The notes: generated by a model not told the origin, from the sequence alone. DNA of 61,491 nt from a virus (IMGVR_UViG_3300042934_000313:1-61491); one strand, 5' to 3'. Shown: positions 48,209 to 57,140, counted from the stretch's first letter. Numbers and translations: made by a program.

Positions 48209-48928
48209 TCAACTGTCGAAAGCAATGAGCAACCTCACCCTGGTCTTGTCGTCGTCGGGAGCGACGAGCCGCATCGCGGCCAGCGTTGCCCACCATGCAC
48301 GACCCGCCTCTTCGCGGATGGTCTGTCCGGTCCACCTGATGTGGACTGCGGTCTGCCCCTCGCCACGCTCGCCCGCGTCGTACTCCTCCTCGGTCACGAT
48401 GCGGAGGCCGGGGCCACCGACCTGTCGTGCGATCTGGCCAGGCAGTTCGCCCGTCTCCTTGTACTTGAGGTACTCCGCCTCGACGACGACACCATCTTCA
48501 TGAAGCACCTGGTCCCACATCGGGTGCTGATCGTCGAGTTCGTCGAGCGTGAACCACGTTGCCGAGTGGATGCCGTCCTGTCTGGCGAACATCTGCCATG
48601 CGGGGTCGGCGTCCAGCGGGATGCCGCGCGGCTCACTGATCGGAACGATCGGCTCGTGCCCGCCGTCATCCATGTCGTACTCGATGTCGATGGGGCCGTG
48701 GTCCGGGATGTCGTGATGGATGATGGTCACACCCATCCGGCCGGTGCGATTCACCACATCGGCGAGCAGGCTGAACAGACCGTACTTCCGCTCTATCTCG
48801 GGGTTCGGTCCGAGCGGGGACCTGCCTGTCTTGCGCCAGGTCTCAGGCTGGGGGAAGAGGGGGAGGGTGCACATCTCCCAGCCCTCATCCGTCTTGACTT
48901 CGACCATCGCGTGGGCGTCTGTGCCCAT
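48209..48928 (-). CDS. Hypothetical protein (MG.D.H..VE...RGIP.D...HS.TW...R....FDS family)
   Basis: Conserved-looking phage protein pattern; (AG)n tract upstream. Confidence 0.7.
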   Translation of the reverse strand: MGTDAHAMVEVKTDEGWEMCTLPLFPQPETWRKTGRSPLGPNPEIERKYGLFSLLADVVNRTGRMGVTIIHHDIPDHGPIDIEYDMDDGGHEPIVPISEPRGIPLDADPAWQMFARQDGIHSATWFTLDELDDQHPMWDQVLHEDGVVVEAEYLKYKETGELPGQIARQVGGPGLRIVTEEEYDAGERGEGQTAVHIRWTGQTIREEAGRAWWATLAAMRLVAPDDDKTRVRLLIAFDS

Positions 48929-49036
48929 CCGTCTCTCTCTTTCTCTCTCTCAGAAAGTCTTACTTTTTGGGGCTGGTGACCCCTGAGCCACCAGCAGGGG
49001 GCCACCCGAAGGTGACCCCCTGTTGGCTACGCCGTG

Positions 49037-50437
49037 TTACTCGGCGACCTGGACCGCGTAGTGCTGCTCGTAGGAGGGGTCGTAGGTTTCGACCTTCTCC
49101 ATCGCCGAGAGCACCGCACCCTGGAGTGCCTTGTCCAGCGTCGGAGCCTTGACGCCCTCAGTCGCAGCGTTCAGCGCTGCCAACTGCGGGTGCAGGGACT
49201 GCGCCGCGTGGATGAGGTCCGGGGTGTCGATGACGTACGCGCCCTCGCCCTGCATGCGGGCGATTGCGAACGTGATCGAGCGGTTGATCGTCTCGCGGAT
49301 GAAAGCCGGAAGGAACCCATCCATCGAGGTGTACACGGCGTCGTAGTCCACGTCCGGGGACAACTTGCCCTCGGGGACCACGGCCTTGATCAGACGCTCG
49401 CATCCACCGCGGTCGAGACCGGCGATTTCCACGATTGCGTCGAGGCGTCCCGGACGGAGCATCCCCTGGTGGATGCGGTCCAGGTGGTTGGTGGTGAGGA
49501 CGATCATGAGTTCCCCACCCTTCGACGTGATGCCGTCGAACGCGTCGAGCAGACGCGTCACGTTGTCGGCCTCACCCGATGCCGACTGCGTGTCGATGTC
49601 CTCGACGAACACGACCGCGGGCTCGTACAGACGAGCCGTCTGGAGCACGCGCTCCACCTTGTCGCGGCCCGGCTTCGCGGAGAGGAACGTCCACCCTGCG
49701 GCGACGGCCTCCTTCGCCGTGATGATGCCGGTGCTCGTCTTGCCCGTGCCGTACGGGCCGTGGAGCAGGACCGCCCGCTTGAGCGACAGGCCGTTGTCAC
49801 GCATGGCCTGCGAGTAGCGGAGGCTGGACCAGACCATGCCTCCGAGTTCCTCCATCACCTTGTCGGAGAACACGATCGTCGACATGTCGATGTCGAGGTT
49901 CAGGAACTCCAGCGAGTCAGCGCCGATGAGCGCCTTCCCCCGGTAGATGCTCTTCGTCTGGAGGAACTCCTGCACGTCGTCGAACAGGGCCTCGACCTCG
50001 GCCTTGTGCTTCTTCGGACCACGGGCGTACAACTTGAACACCTTGCCGTAGTCCTTGTGCTCGTCCTCCAGGATGAAGAACTCCAGGCCCTCCAGGTGGG
50101 GGACCTCGACGCGACCCCACGGGACCTGCATCGTGGTGCCGAAGCCGGTCGCGATAGTCCGACTTTCTGCGGGGCGCGTTCCGAAGAACGTCTCCGTGAT
50201 CTTGCCGAGCGCCATGCCCCAGCGCGCACGCATGCAGTGATACGTGGCGTGCGCGCCGTCGTCCGGCCGGTAGAGGAACGTCCGGTCGAACTGCGTGGGG
50301 GTGTTCGCCTCGTCCTTGAGACGAGTCAGGATCGAGAACGCGCGCTCGTAGGTCATGCCCATGGGGAGGCTGATCTTCTTGCCCTCGTGGAACTCGACCT
50401 CTTCGCCAGTGATGACCTGGCCCTTCTTTTCTGCCAT
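49037..50437 (-). CDS. AAA+ ATPase
   Basis: Walker A GPYGTGKT, Walker B VFVEDID, TTNH...LRPGRLD SRH. Confidence 0.9.
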   Translation of the reverse strand: MAEKKGQVITGEEVEFHEGKKISLPMGMTYERAFSILTRLKDEANTPTQFDRTFLYRPDDGAHATYHCMRARWGMALGKITETFFGTRPAESRTIATGFGTTMQVPWGRVEVPHLEGLEFFILEDEHKDYGKVFKLYARGPKKHKAEVEALFDDVQEFLQTKSIYRGKALIGADSLEFLNLDIDMSTIVFSDKVMEELGGMVWSSLRYSQAMRDNGLSLKRAVLLHGPYGTGKTSTGIITAKEAVAAGWTFLSAKPGRDKVERVLQTARLYEPAVVFVEDIDTQSASGEADNVTRLLDAFDGITSKGGELMIVLTTNHLDRIHQGMLRPGRLDAIVEIAGLDRGGCERLIKAVVPEGKLSPDVDYDAVYTSMDGFLPAFIRETINRSITFAIARMQGEGAYVIDTPDLIHAAQSLHPQLAALNAATEGVKAPTLDKALQGAVLSAMEKVETYDPSYEQHYAVQVAE

Positions 50438-50648
50438 TGTGGCTGTTCCTTCCGTTCACCCGCCCACCCTGGACGGGAGTCTTTGTGGCGGGACAGGGGG
50501 CGCACCCTGGGGGAGTGCGCTCGCCCCTGTCCCGCAGTCCGACCACCGAAAAGTCGGACTTTCTGCCGGGCGTATCAGATGCCCGGCTGGCCCTGAGTGT
50601 TCTCCAGTAGCGGCAACCCCCCGGTCTCGCTACTCACTCAGTACCTCT

Positions 50649-50678
50649 AGTATACCAGACTGGTTGGACCGAAGTCAA
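50649..50678 (-). promoter_or_regulatory. Repeated promoter, copy 1
   Basis: TTGACT-N18-TATACT with extended -10 TGG. Confidence 0.75.
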
Positions 50679-50679
50679 A

Positions 50680-51057
50680 TCAGGACTGGCGTGGCTCCAT
50701 CAGGTGGAGCCGAGCGGACATGCTCTCGGCTGGCTGACCCCAGCCCACGTCACACCAGTTGCCGTCCGAGTTCAGGTAGTAGAACTCGTAGCCGTCGATG
50801 TGATGAGTGCCCATGTTCTCCTGGTTGCCGCGTGCCATGAGCATGCGGTACATGCCGGGCTCGTCGGGCAGGGGCTCGCGCAGGACCTTGATCGTCAGCG
50901 CTTTCGCTTCCGGGTCGACCCACCCCGTGACGACGGAAGCGACGGGCTCCAGTCGAACGCGAACTCCGGAACGGGGACGACCAATCCCGGCGTCGACCTC
51001 CGCCACACGCGCACGGTAGGTGACTTCGACCTCTTGCCCAACCCGGTACTCCGTCAT
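50680..51057 (-). CDS. Hypothetical protein
   Basis: ATGA overlap; LPDEPG.Y motif. Confidence 0.6.
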   Translation of the reverse strand: MTEYRVGQEVEVTYRARVAEVDAGIGRPRSGVRVRLEPVASVVTGWVDPEAKALTIKVLREPLPDEPGMYRMLMARGNQENMGTHHIDGYEFYYLNSDGNWCDVGWGQPAESMSARLHLMEPRQS

Positions 51058-51365
51058 CGGATGGGGTCGAAGGTGGTCGCGACCTCGATGCCGGTCACCT
51101 TCCACTTGGCGACGGCGGTGAGGAACGCGAGCGTCGAGTCGTACGCCTGGTTGAGAAGGCGACCCTCGCCGGTCACCCACCACTTGCTCGCCGCGTAGAG
51201 GGCGGCGTAGGTGTAGGCGTGCGGACCCTTCGTGTCCTCGTTGTCGATCACCACGTCGAAGCGGAGGATGGTTCCGTCCTCGACCTCGGGGGCGATGATG
51301 TCGAGGCTGGCACCCAGCGCCTCGGCGATCTTGCTCTTCTTCTGCTTCTTCTCGGCATCGGCCAT
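51054..51365 (-). CDS. Hypothetical protein
   Basis: AGAGGGA RBS after a palindrome copy. Confidence 0.7.
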   Translation of the reverse strand: MADAEKKQKKSKIAEALGASLDIIAPEVEDGTILRFDVVIDNEDTKGPHAYTYAALYAASKWWVTGEGRLLNQAYDSTLAFLTAVAKWKVTGIEVATTFDPIR

Positions 51366-51398
51366 GGTTGTTCCCTCTCTTCTGGAAAGTCCGACTTT

Positions 51399-51959
51399 CT
51401 AGTCGGACCCGTAGACCCCCTGCTCGGAGGGGGGCGTGCTGGAGTGCGGCATCAGGCGATGGACGATCATGCCGATGGTGCACATGGTGAGGAAGTGCGA
51501 GCGCAGTTCGTAGATCACCGGGTCGATGGTCTTCTTGTCGATGTCGGGCATGTGCGCGCGAGCGAGGAGCGCACCCTCCGTCGCGGCCGTCATGATCTGC
51601 ATGTTGTTCGCGACGCCCTGTCGGACGAGCGCATTGGTCACTGCCGTGAGCGTGAAGATGTAGTCGTTGTCCGCGCGCTTCGGAATCTCCAGCCCGCCCA
51701 TCGAGCCGTCCGGTTCCTGCATCTGGAACGGCATCCGGCGATGGTAGAGCAGGCCGATGAAGGCGCAGTCGAGGACCTCGGTCGTCTCCTTCGGTGAGCG
51801 CAACGGGCGGTCGCCCGCCTTGACTACCTCCTGGAAGACGTTGGCGACGAACTCCATGTCGCCGTGCACTGTCTCTTCCGTCACCCCCAATGTCTGTAGC
51901 CCTCGCACCAGCGCCCCGGTGGTGGTGTCGAACTCTGTGGCAATCGGCCCCGTGGTCAT
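51399..51959 (-). CDS. Hypothetical protein
   Basis: Flanked by palindrome copies; AGAGAGG RBS. Confidence 0.7.
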   Translation of the reverse strand: MTTGPIATEFDTTTGALVRGLQTLGVTEETVHGDMEFVANVFQEVVKAGDRPLRSPKETTEVLDCAFIGLLYHRRMPFQMQEPDGSMGGLEIPKRADNDYIFTLTAVTNALVRQGVANNMQIMTAATEGALLARAHMPDIDKKTIDPVIYELRSHFLTMCTIGMIVHRLMPHSSTPPSEQGVYGSD

Positions 51960-52024
51960 GCCAAACGTCCTCTCTGAAAGTCAGACTTTCCGGTGTCGAG
52001 GGTGGAGTTGCCCTCAGTACCTTT

Positions 52025-52054
52025 AGTATACCAGACTAGGGGTGGACTAGTCAA
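52025..52054 (-). promoter_or_regulatory. Repeated promoter, copy 2
   Basis: TTGACT-N18-TATACT with extended -10 TGG. Confidence 0.75.
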
Positions 52055-52337
52055 ATCCAGGGGGCTTCGGCCCAGCCCACAGGGGCTCGTCTGCGTCGAT
52101 AGAAATGTGGAAGCGCAGGCAGTCCATGCACAGCGTGATATCCCCGTCCACGGGCCTGCTGTGCGGGTGCTCGGGCACCTTCTGGTTCGGGTTGATCCAC
52201 ACCATGTCGCCGCACTCATCGCATGGCACCTGGATCGAGCCCTCGACAGGGTTCTTCAACTGGTCCACGCGCACGCATCCGCGGATTCGGTACTGCTTGT
52301 CCGGGTCGTGGATGTAGTCCAACTTGTAGTCGGCCAT
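52047..52337 (-). CDS. Zn-ribbon hypothetical protein
   Basis: CDECG..VW...LCMDC. Confidence 0.65.
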   Translation of the reverse strand: MADYKLDYIHDPDKQYRIRGCVRVDQLKNPVEGSIQVPCDECGDMVWINPNQKVPEHPHSRPVDGDITLCMDCLRFHISIDADEPLWAGPKPPGFD

Positions 52338-52343
52338 GGAAAG

Positions 52344-52823
52344 TCAGACTTTCTCGCCGAAGTTGCCGGGCAGGCTACTGATCATGGCCTCCCAGATGAC
52401 AGCCATGTCCCGAGGAAGGGGCTCGGCCTGGTCCCAGAGTTCAGCCCATACGTCCTCGTACCCTGCGCCGTCCGAAACGACGATGCCTCCCTCTACCTCC
52501 TTCGCCACCATGCGGGCGATGAAGTCGGTCTTGCTCATGCGAAACCGGAGCGTGGCGTACGTGCTGTCGTACGTGTCATCGGCATCCGAGACGTAGGTGG
52601 TGAGCGCCTGCATCTGACGGATGTTGTCGGCATACTCTTCCCGGTTTCCGCCACCGATGCGGGCGTACACAGCAAGGACGAGGGCGGGCTCGTCCCCACT
52701 CTCGTCACGCTCCAGCCAGTGGTCGCGGTACCGGCCGACCATCTCCGGAGTGATGTCCCACATGATGTCCATGAGAGCCTTCGGCCAACCACTGTTGCCG
52801 ATTGCCAGATCGAACATGCTCAT
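52344..52823 (-). CDS. Hypothetical protein
   Basis: GRYRD...RIGGGNRE.Y...D.DD.YDSTYA; stop lies inside a palindrome copy. Confidence 0.7.
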   Translation of the reverse strand: MSMFDLAIGNSGWPKALMDIMWDITPEMVGRYRDHWLERDESGDEPALVLAVYARIGGGNREEYADNIRQMQALTTYVSDADDTYDSTYATLRFRMSKTDFIARMVAKEVEGGIVVSDGAGYEDVWAELWDQAEPLPRDMAVIWEAMISSLPGNFGEKV

Positions 52824-53182
52824 CCCTGTCCTCCAAGGTTGTCCGCTACTTCGCCACCGCGGGTGGCCCATTCATGTGTCAGCATTCCGAGCACCACCAG
52901 ATCGGAACACTCCTGGTGCTTGCGCATGGCTCCGAGGGTTGCGTTCTCGGGCAGGCCGAAGGTCTCCTCGCACAGCACCTTGGCTCGGTGCAGCAGGTCA
53001 TGGAAGTCTTGCGTCGTGAACTCCGTCAGGGTGTTCAGTGCGTTGAGCAGAGACTTGATGTCCTCGTCGTAGGGCGTGGCCAGGATGGTTGCCAACTGGT
53101 CGGGAGAGTACGCCCAGAGTTCGCGGAAGGGGGTGTCCTCCGAGGGGATGTCGAAGTCGTCATGGGGGAGGTCGTCGGTCAT
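52820..53182 (-). CDS. Hypothetical protein
   Basis: GAAGGA RBS; ATGA overlap. Confidence 0.6.
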   Translation of the reverse strand: MTDDLPHDDFDIPSEDTPFRELWAYSPDQLATILATPYDEDIKSLLNALNTLTEFTTQDFHDLLHRAKVLCEETFGLPENATLGAMRKHQECSDLVVLGMLTHEWATRGGEVADNLGGQG

Positions 53183-53366
53183 GCTGGTCCTTCCGATGGG
53201 ATGAGAAAACCCCCTCCGAACACCGAGAGAGAGAGTGGCGTCCGAAGGGGGCTGGTGTCCCATGTCTCCTTTGACATGAGGTCTTATTGCGTAGCGCTCT
53301 CTCTTCGCTACTGAGTTGAGTGGGCCGATGCCACGGTGGCACCGGCCCTGTAGAAAGTCAGACTTT

Positions 53367-53783
53367 CTACTCTCCGTCGACCGTGTGGTAGACGAAGACC
53401 TGGAGGAAGTCGTGGTTGTAGCCCACGAAGACATCCTCCGTTACTGCCAGGGTCACGTTTCCGGGGAAGCGCCGCATACTGCCTGGCTGATCTGATCCGG
53501 GCGGCAGGAACCTCACGCCGTACGGATCGGATGTCATCTTGCGCGCGCCAGGCACCCACAACTTGAGGACTGTGCCCTCGTCATCGTAGGTGGCCTGGAG
53601 CGTTTCGACCTGGTGCCCGTGGTGCTCTCTGCACCACAAGCGCATGCCGCCCATCTTCTGCGGATGCGTGAAGGCGGTGCGGATCAGGGTGACCCACCGC
53701 TCTGCCTCTTGCTGGTTGGTGTTGGCATGCAACTGCTCGATGAGCGTGCGCACCTTCGCCTCTGCTTCCGGTACTGCTCTCAT
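53367..53783 (-). CDS. Hypothetical protein
   Basis: Flanked by palindrome copies. Confidence 0.65.
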   Translation of the reverse strand: MRAVPEAEAKVRTLIEQLHANTNQQEAERWVTLIRTAFTHPQKMGGMRLWCREHHGHQVETLQATYDDEGTVLKLWVPGARKMTSDPYGVRFLPPGSDQPGSMRRFPGNVTLAVTEDVFVGYNHDFLQVFVYHTVDGE

Positions 53784-53789
53784 GGAAAG

Positions 53790-54080
53790 TCAGACTTTCT
53801 CGTCGTCTTCCGGGCGCATGTTGTCCTCCCAGCACTTCGGGTGTGTGCCTGAGATGATCTGCTCTCGGAACTCGGGGGAGCGATTGGGCAAGGCATCCTG
53901 AATGGACAGGATGCCGTTGTTCACCGCGCGGAACTCTTCGCGGGTGAGAACGAGCACATCATGCTTGCCGCAGAACGTGCACGTTGGCGTACGGAGGTTG
54001 ATCGTCACTTCCTCCGGCTTCAACGGCTCACTTGGCATGAACCGGACCTTTCGTTTCGCGGCGTGACCACGCCTAGACAT
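53790..54080 (-). CDS. Zn-binding hypothetical protein
   Basis: CTFCG...IQDALP...RE..ISG.HP.CW; stop lies inside a palindrome copy. Confidence 0.65.
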   Translation of the reverse strand: MSRRGHAAKRKVRFMPSEPLKPEEVTINLRTPTCTFCGKHDVLVLTREEFRAVNNGILSIQDALPNRSPEFREQIISGTHPKCWEDNMRPEDDEKV

Positions 54081-54225
54081 GGATGCTCCATCGCCCATCG
54101 GCACAGCGCGAGCAGACCTCGCACATCGAGTCGAACCGCACCCACTTGTGCCCGACCAGCGCACAGATGAACTGGCGCAACCTACCGAAGCGACCCTTCG
54201 GGACGTACGTCACGCGCTTGCTCAC
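54073..54225 (-). CDS. Small Cys/His protein (DUF1660-like)
   Basis: ICALVGHKW...CSRC; GTGA overlap. Confidence 0.5.
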   Translation of the reverse strand: MSKRVTYVPKGRFGRLRQFICALVGHKWVRFDSMCEVCSRCADGRWSIHV

Positions 54226-54566
54226 AGATGGGCGTACGGATCGGAGTCGGCCGCGATGATCGCGATGAGTGCCTCGAAGCACTCCTTCGTGGCGTCGAGT
54301 TCGTGAGCCTCGCCATGGATGGGGCAGTTGACCTGCGGCTTCGGCGGTGCGGACGGTGCGACAGCCAGCACGAGGCGCTGACCGAAGCCCGTGCCGAGGC
54401 GGCCGATGCCATGCAGTCCGAAGTGGACCGAGCACATGTTGGCCCACGGTCCCTCCTTCGTCCGCGCATCGAACGATGCCTCGACGTGCGAGTACTCGTC
54501 GACCTGCTTGCAGAAGTCGCAGAGCGGCAGGGTCGCCACTTCGGCGACAGTTCCTCCCTTTGCCAT
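54222..54566 (-). CDS. Zn-binding hypothetical protein
   Basis: CDFC...DA.T..GPWANMC..H...LGTG.GQ. Confidence 0.7.
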   Translation of the reverse strand: MAKGGTVAEVATLPLCDFCKQVDEYSHVEASFDARTKEGPWANMCSVHFGLHGIGRLGTGFGQRLVLAVAPSAPPKPQVNCPIHGEAHELDATKECFEALIAIIAADSDPYAHL

Positions 54567-54684
54567 GATGTCTCTCTCTTCTCTCTGTGTACCGACCGGA
54601 GATAGTCGGACTTTCTGGGCTGAACAACCCGACCCACCCTCCTGCCTCGGGTGCAGGAGGGGGAGTCGCACAGGTCAGGCCGTG

Positions 54685-55260
54685 CTACTTGGCGGCGTGG
54701 CGCGTGGCGCTGATCGCCTTGCCGTGGAGGTTGGACGACGTGACGAGGACAGCCGTGCCCTCGGGTGCGTTCGTGTCCAGGTGGAAGCCGACCGACGTGA
54801 CGACGGTGCCCGCGTTGGCTTCGAGGTACTCAGCGATCGTGATGCTGACGTTGGCACCCGGCACCCAGACCGTGGAGTCGAGGGTGACCGGCGATCCCGA
54901 CAGCACGCTGAGCGACTGGTAGTCGTCGCGCCGGTTGCCCGTGACCTCGGCGTCCTCCACGTTGTCGACGACGAGTCGGACGTGGAAGAACTCGGTGCCT
55001 TCGCCGGTCGCCGTGTACGTGATGGTCGGCAGTGCGCTGAGCGGGAAGTCCGACGCGACTCGGATGCCGGTCGCGATGGACCCGGCGTCCTCGAACAGCG
55101 TGCCCTCGTCGGTCACGGTGGGAGCGGCGTCGTCGCCCTCCGTGTACCAGCCGTTGTTGCCGGTCACGCTGTTGATCGGCTCGGCGCTGGCGATGCCCGG
55201 CGTGAGGATGCCGATGACGGCGAGCGCCGCGATGGTCGTGATGGTGGTGATCTTCTTCAT
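54685..55260 (-). CDS. Secreted protein with Sec signal peptide
   Basis: MKK-hydrophobic-ASA cleavage site. Confidence 0.75.
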   Translation of the reverse strand: MKKITTITTIAALAVIGILTPGIASAEPINSVTGNNGWYTEGDDAAPTVTDEGTLFEDAGSIATGIRVASDFPLSALPTITYTATGEGTEFFHVRLVVDNVEDAEVTGNRRDDYQSLSVLSGSPVTLDSTVWVPGANVSITIAEYLEANAGTVVTSVGFHLDTNAPEGTAVLVTSSNLHGKAISATRHAAK

Positions 55261-55379
55261 GTTCTTTCTCTCTCTCCTGTGGAAAGTCAGACTTTCTGAC
55301 TTGGGCCAGACAGCCCACGCGGCCCCCCTCCAGAGACGGATAAAGGGGGGCCGCGTGCAGTGGCTGGACGCAGGTGGGA

Positions 55380-55676
55380 TCAGGTGTGCCAGTAGTGGTT
55401 CGGCGACACCGAGATGTAGATGACGTTGATCCAGAGCACGAACATGCCGAGCAGGATGTGGAGCACGATGCTGTGCCCCTTCTGCTGTCGGTTGTAGATG
55501 ACCTCGCGCTTGACGTTCAGCGCGCCTGCGGTCATCGGTCCGCGCGTGTGCTGGGCGGCGGCGACGGGCTGAGGCGTGGCGACGACGTGCTCAGTCCACT
55601 GCTTGCCGTCCCACCATCTCTGGTTGCCTTCGGCATCCGGATACCATCCGGCCGGTGTGGGGGCTGTCGTGGTCAC
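55380..55676 (-). CDS. DUF2510-domain membrane protein
   Basis: PAGWYPD....RWWDG.QWT plus a C-terminal TM. Confidence 0.75.
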   Translation of the reverse strand: MTTTAPTPAGWYPDAEGNQRWWDGKQWTEHVVATPQPVAAAQHTRGPMTAGALNVKREVIYNRQQKGHSIVLHILLGMFVLWINVIYISVSPNHYWHT

Positions 55677-55804
55677 GACTTCTTCCCCTTCTTCATGGAG
55701 AACGTGCCGTTGCCGTGGTTCACCTTCGTGACACCCTTGACGGTCGTTCCCGACTTCTGGTGGAGGCGTGCCTGGCTGACACCCTTGCCCTTGCTCTTGC
55801 CCAT
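55673..55804 (-). CDS. Small Lys-rich basic protein
   Basis: (AG)n RBS tract; GTGA overlap. Confidence 0.55.
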   Translation of the reverse strand: MGKSKGKGVSQARLHQKSGTTVKGVTKVNHGNGTFSMKKGKKS

Positions 55805-55952
55805 GTTCTTCTCTCTCTCTCTTCGATGACTGGGCTGGACAGCCCGAACCGCGACCCATCCCGGAGGATGGGGCACGATCCGCGGAGTCCAGAAAGTCTG
55901 ACTTTCTGTGAGTCTCGTCCGGTGAAGGTCCTACTTCAACCTTCATACTTCT

Positions 55953-55981
55953 AGTATACCAGACTGGTGGGGTCAAGTCAA
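55953..55981 (-). promoter_or_regulatory. Repeated promoter, copy 3
   Basis: TTGACT-N17-TATACT with extended -10 TGG. Confidence 0.8.
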
Positions 55982-56125
55982 ATCGAGACCGGCCTCGACA
56001 ATCTGGCGTGCGGACATGATGCTGACGACGGCGGCACCCGCGAAGGGGTCGCCATGGAGCAGGACGGCGGCATCTTCGCAGTCCTTGATCGTGTGCTCTT
56101 CGTTGGCGTCACACAACTGGCACAT
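55973..56125 (-). CDS. Hypothetical protein (MCQLCDANEEH...)
   Basis: Hand-translated 50 aa; GGGGGTG RBS. Confidence 0.45.
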   Translation of the reverse strand: MCQLCDANEEHTIKDCEDAAVLLHGDPFAGAAVVSIMSARQIVEAGLDLT

Positions 56126-56138
56126 GGGAGTTCACCCC

Positions 56139-56315
56139 CTACCGAGACTCGAACCTTGATCGGAGTCGACGCTCGGCCTCCTCGAAGTCGCGCCGGTATT
56201 GCAGGCGCTCGGCCTCGGAGAGTTGTTCCCACGTCACACGGTGAGAGGACATGGACCACGCAGTCTTGACGCGCTTCCACATCCTGCGGTCGGCCAGGTC
56301 GACGAGTTCGCCCAT
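56139..56315 (-). CDS. Hypothetical protein
   Basis: AGGAGG RBS; TGATG coupling. Confidence 0.6.
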   Translation of the reverse strand: MGELVDLADRRMWKRVKTAWSMSSHRVTWEQLSEAERLQYRRDFEEAERRLRSRFESR

Positions 56316-56638
56316 CACCCGGCCTCCTTCTGCACTCGTCGCATCTCGTCCTCGACCGCCTCGAAGCGGGCATCGAGAACCTCGACGCGCTGGATGTTGG
56401 CCGCATCGAGATGCTTCACGGTGTGGTACGCGATGGTGTCGAGTAGCCACGCCAGTTTCATGATCCTCTGCTTCGCAAGATAGCGAGGACTGGGAGAAAG
56501 TCGAACTTTCTGGAGAGCGTCACGAGTCCGCTCAGCATGGAACCAGACGACCGGACGACGGCCGGTGCTGGTGGGCGCAGTGCATGGTGCACCAGGGGGA
56601 ACCTGGCACACCATGCACTTCACTTCGATCGCTTCCAT
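56315..56638 (-). CDS. Zn-finger hypothetical protein (possible internal start at 56461)
   Basis: CMVC...G.PC...H.ER; reads through a palindrome copy. Confidence 0.5.
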   Translation of the reverse strand: MEAIEVKCMVCQVPPGAPCTAPTSTGRRPVVWFHAERTRDALQKVRLSPSPRYLAKQRIMKLAWLLDTIAYHTVKHLDAANIQRVEVLDARFEAVEDEMRRVQKEAG

Positions 56639-56645
56639 GAGAAAG

Positions 56646-57140
56646 TCAGACTTTCTGGGGCTCGGCATCCCGGACAGCGGGACGCTGACGCCACTTCTCC
56701 TCGTGCCCCGTGCGTGCAGGCACGCCGAGGGCGAGGTTGAGTTCGTACACCGAGAGCGGCGTCTCGTGACGGGACAGCACGACTTCGGTGCCCATCGAGT
56801 GGTCGTGCGCGGCGTGGCCGAGGAGCACGATGAGTCGGCCGATGGAGACCCACTGCGGCTCATACGTGAACTCCTGAGAGTCCACCCCTTGGCAGTCGCA
56901 CCCGTTGCACTCGAACGTGACCCAGTGCTCGTTGTCCGTCTCCGAGACGGCTCGGTAGTACAGCAGAGCGGCCACCTGTTCGGGCGTACGCGGCTGTGTG
57001 ATGAGCGGCTTGCAGACCTTGCAGGTGACCTTCTTGAGCACCTGCGTGGAGTTGCCGCTCTGTTGGCAGGCGTTGAAGGTGAACGCCGAGTTGTCGACCG
57101 CGTTCACGTCCCTCACCGCCGAGGCGATTTGCCAGTGCAT
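56646..57140 (-). CDS. Cys-rich hypothetical protein
   Basis: (AG)n-AAGG RBS; VTCKVC; stop lies inside a palindrome copy. Confidence 0.65.
   Translation of the reverse strand: MHWQIASAVRDVNAVDNSAFTFNACQQSGNSTQVLKKVTCKVCKPLITQPRTPEQVAALLYYRAVSETDNEHWVTFECNGCDCQGVDSQEFTYEPQWVSIGRLIVLLGHAAHDHSMGTEVVLSRHETPLSVYELNLALGVPARTGHEEKWRQRPAVRDAEPQKV

Noticed and set aside
53271-53300. + strand promoter from a perfect TTGACA
   Set aside because: No acceptable -10 hexamer at 16-18 nt spacing; the TTGACA is part of a hairpin arm.
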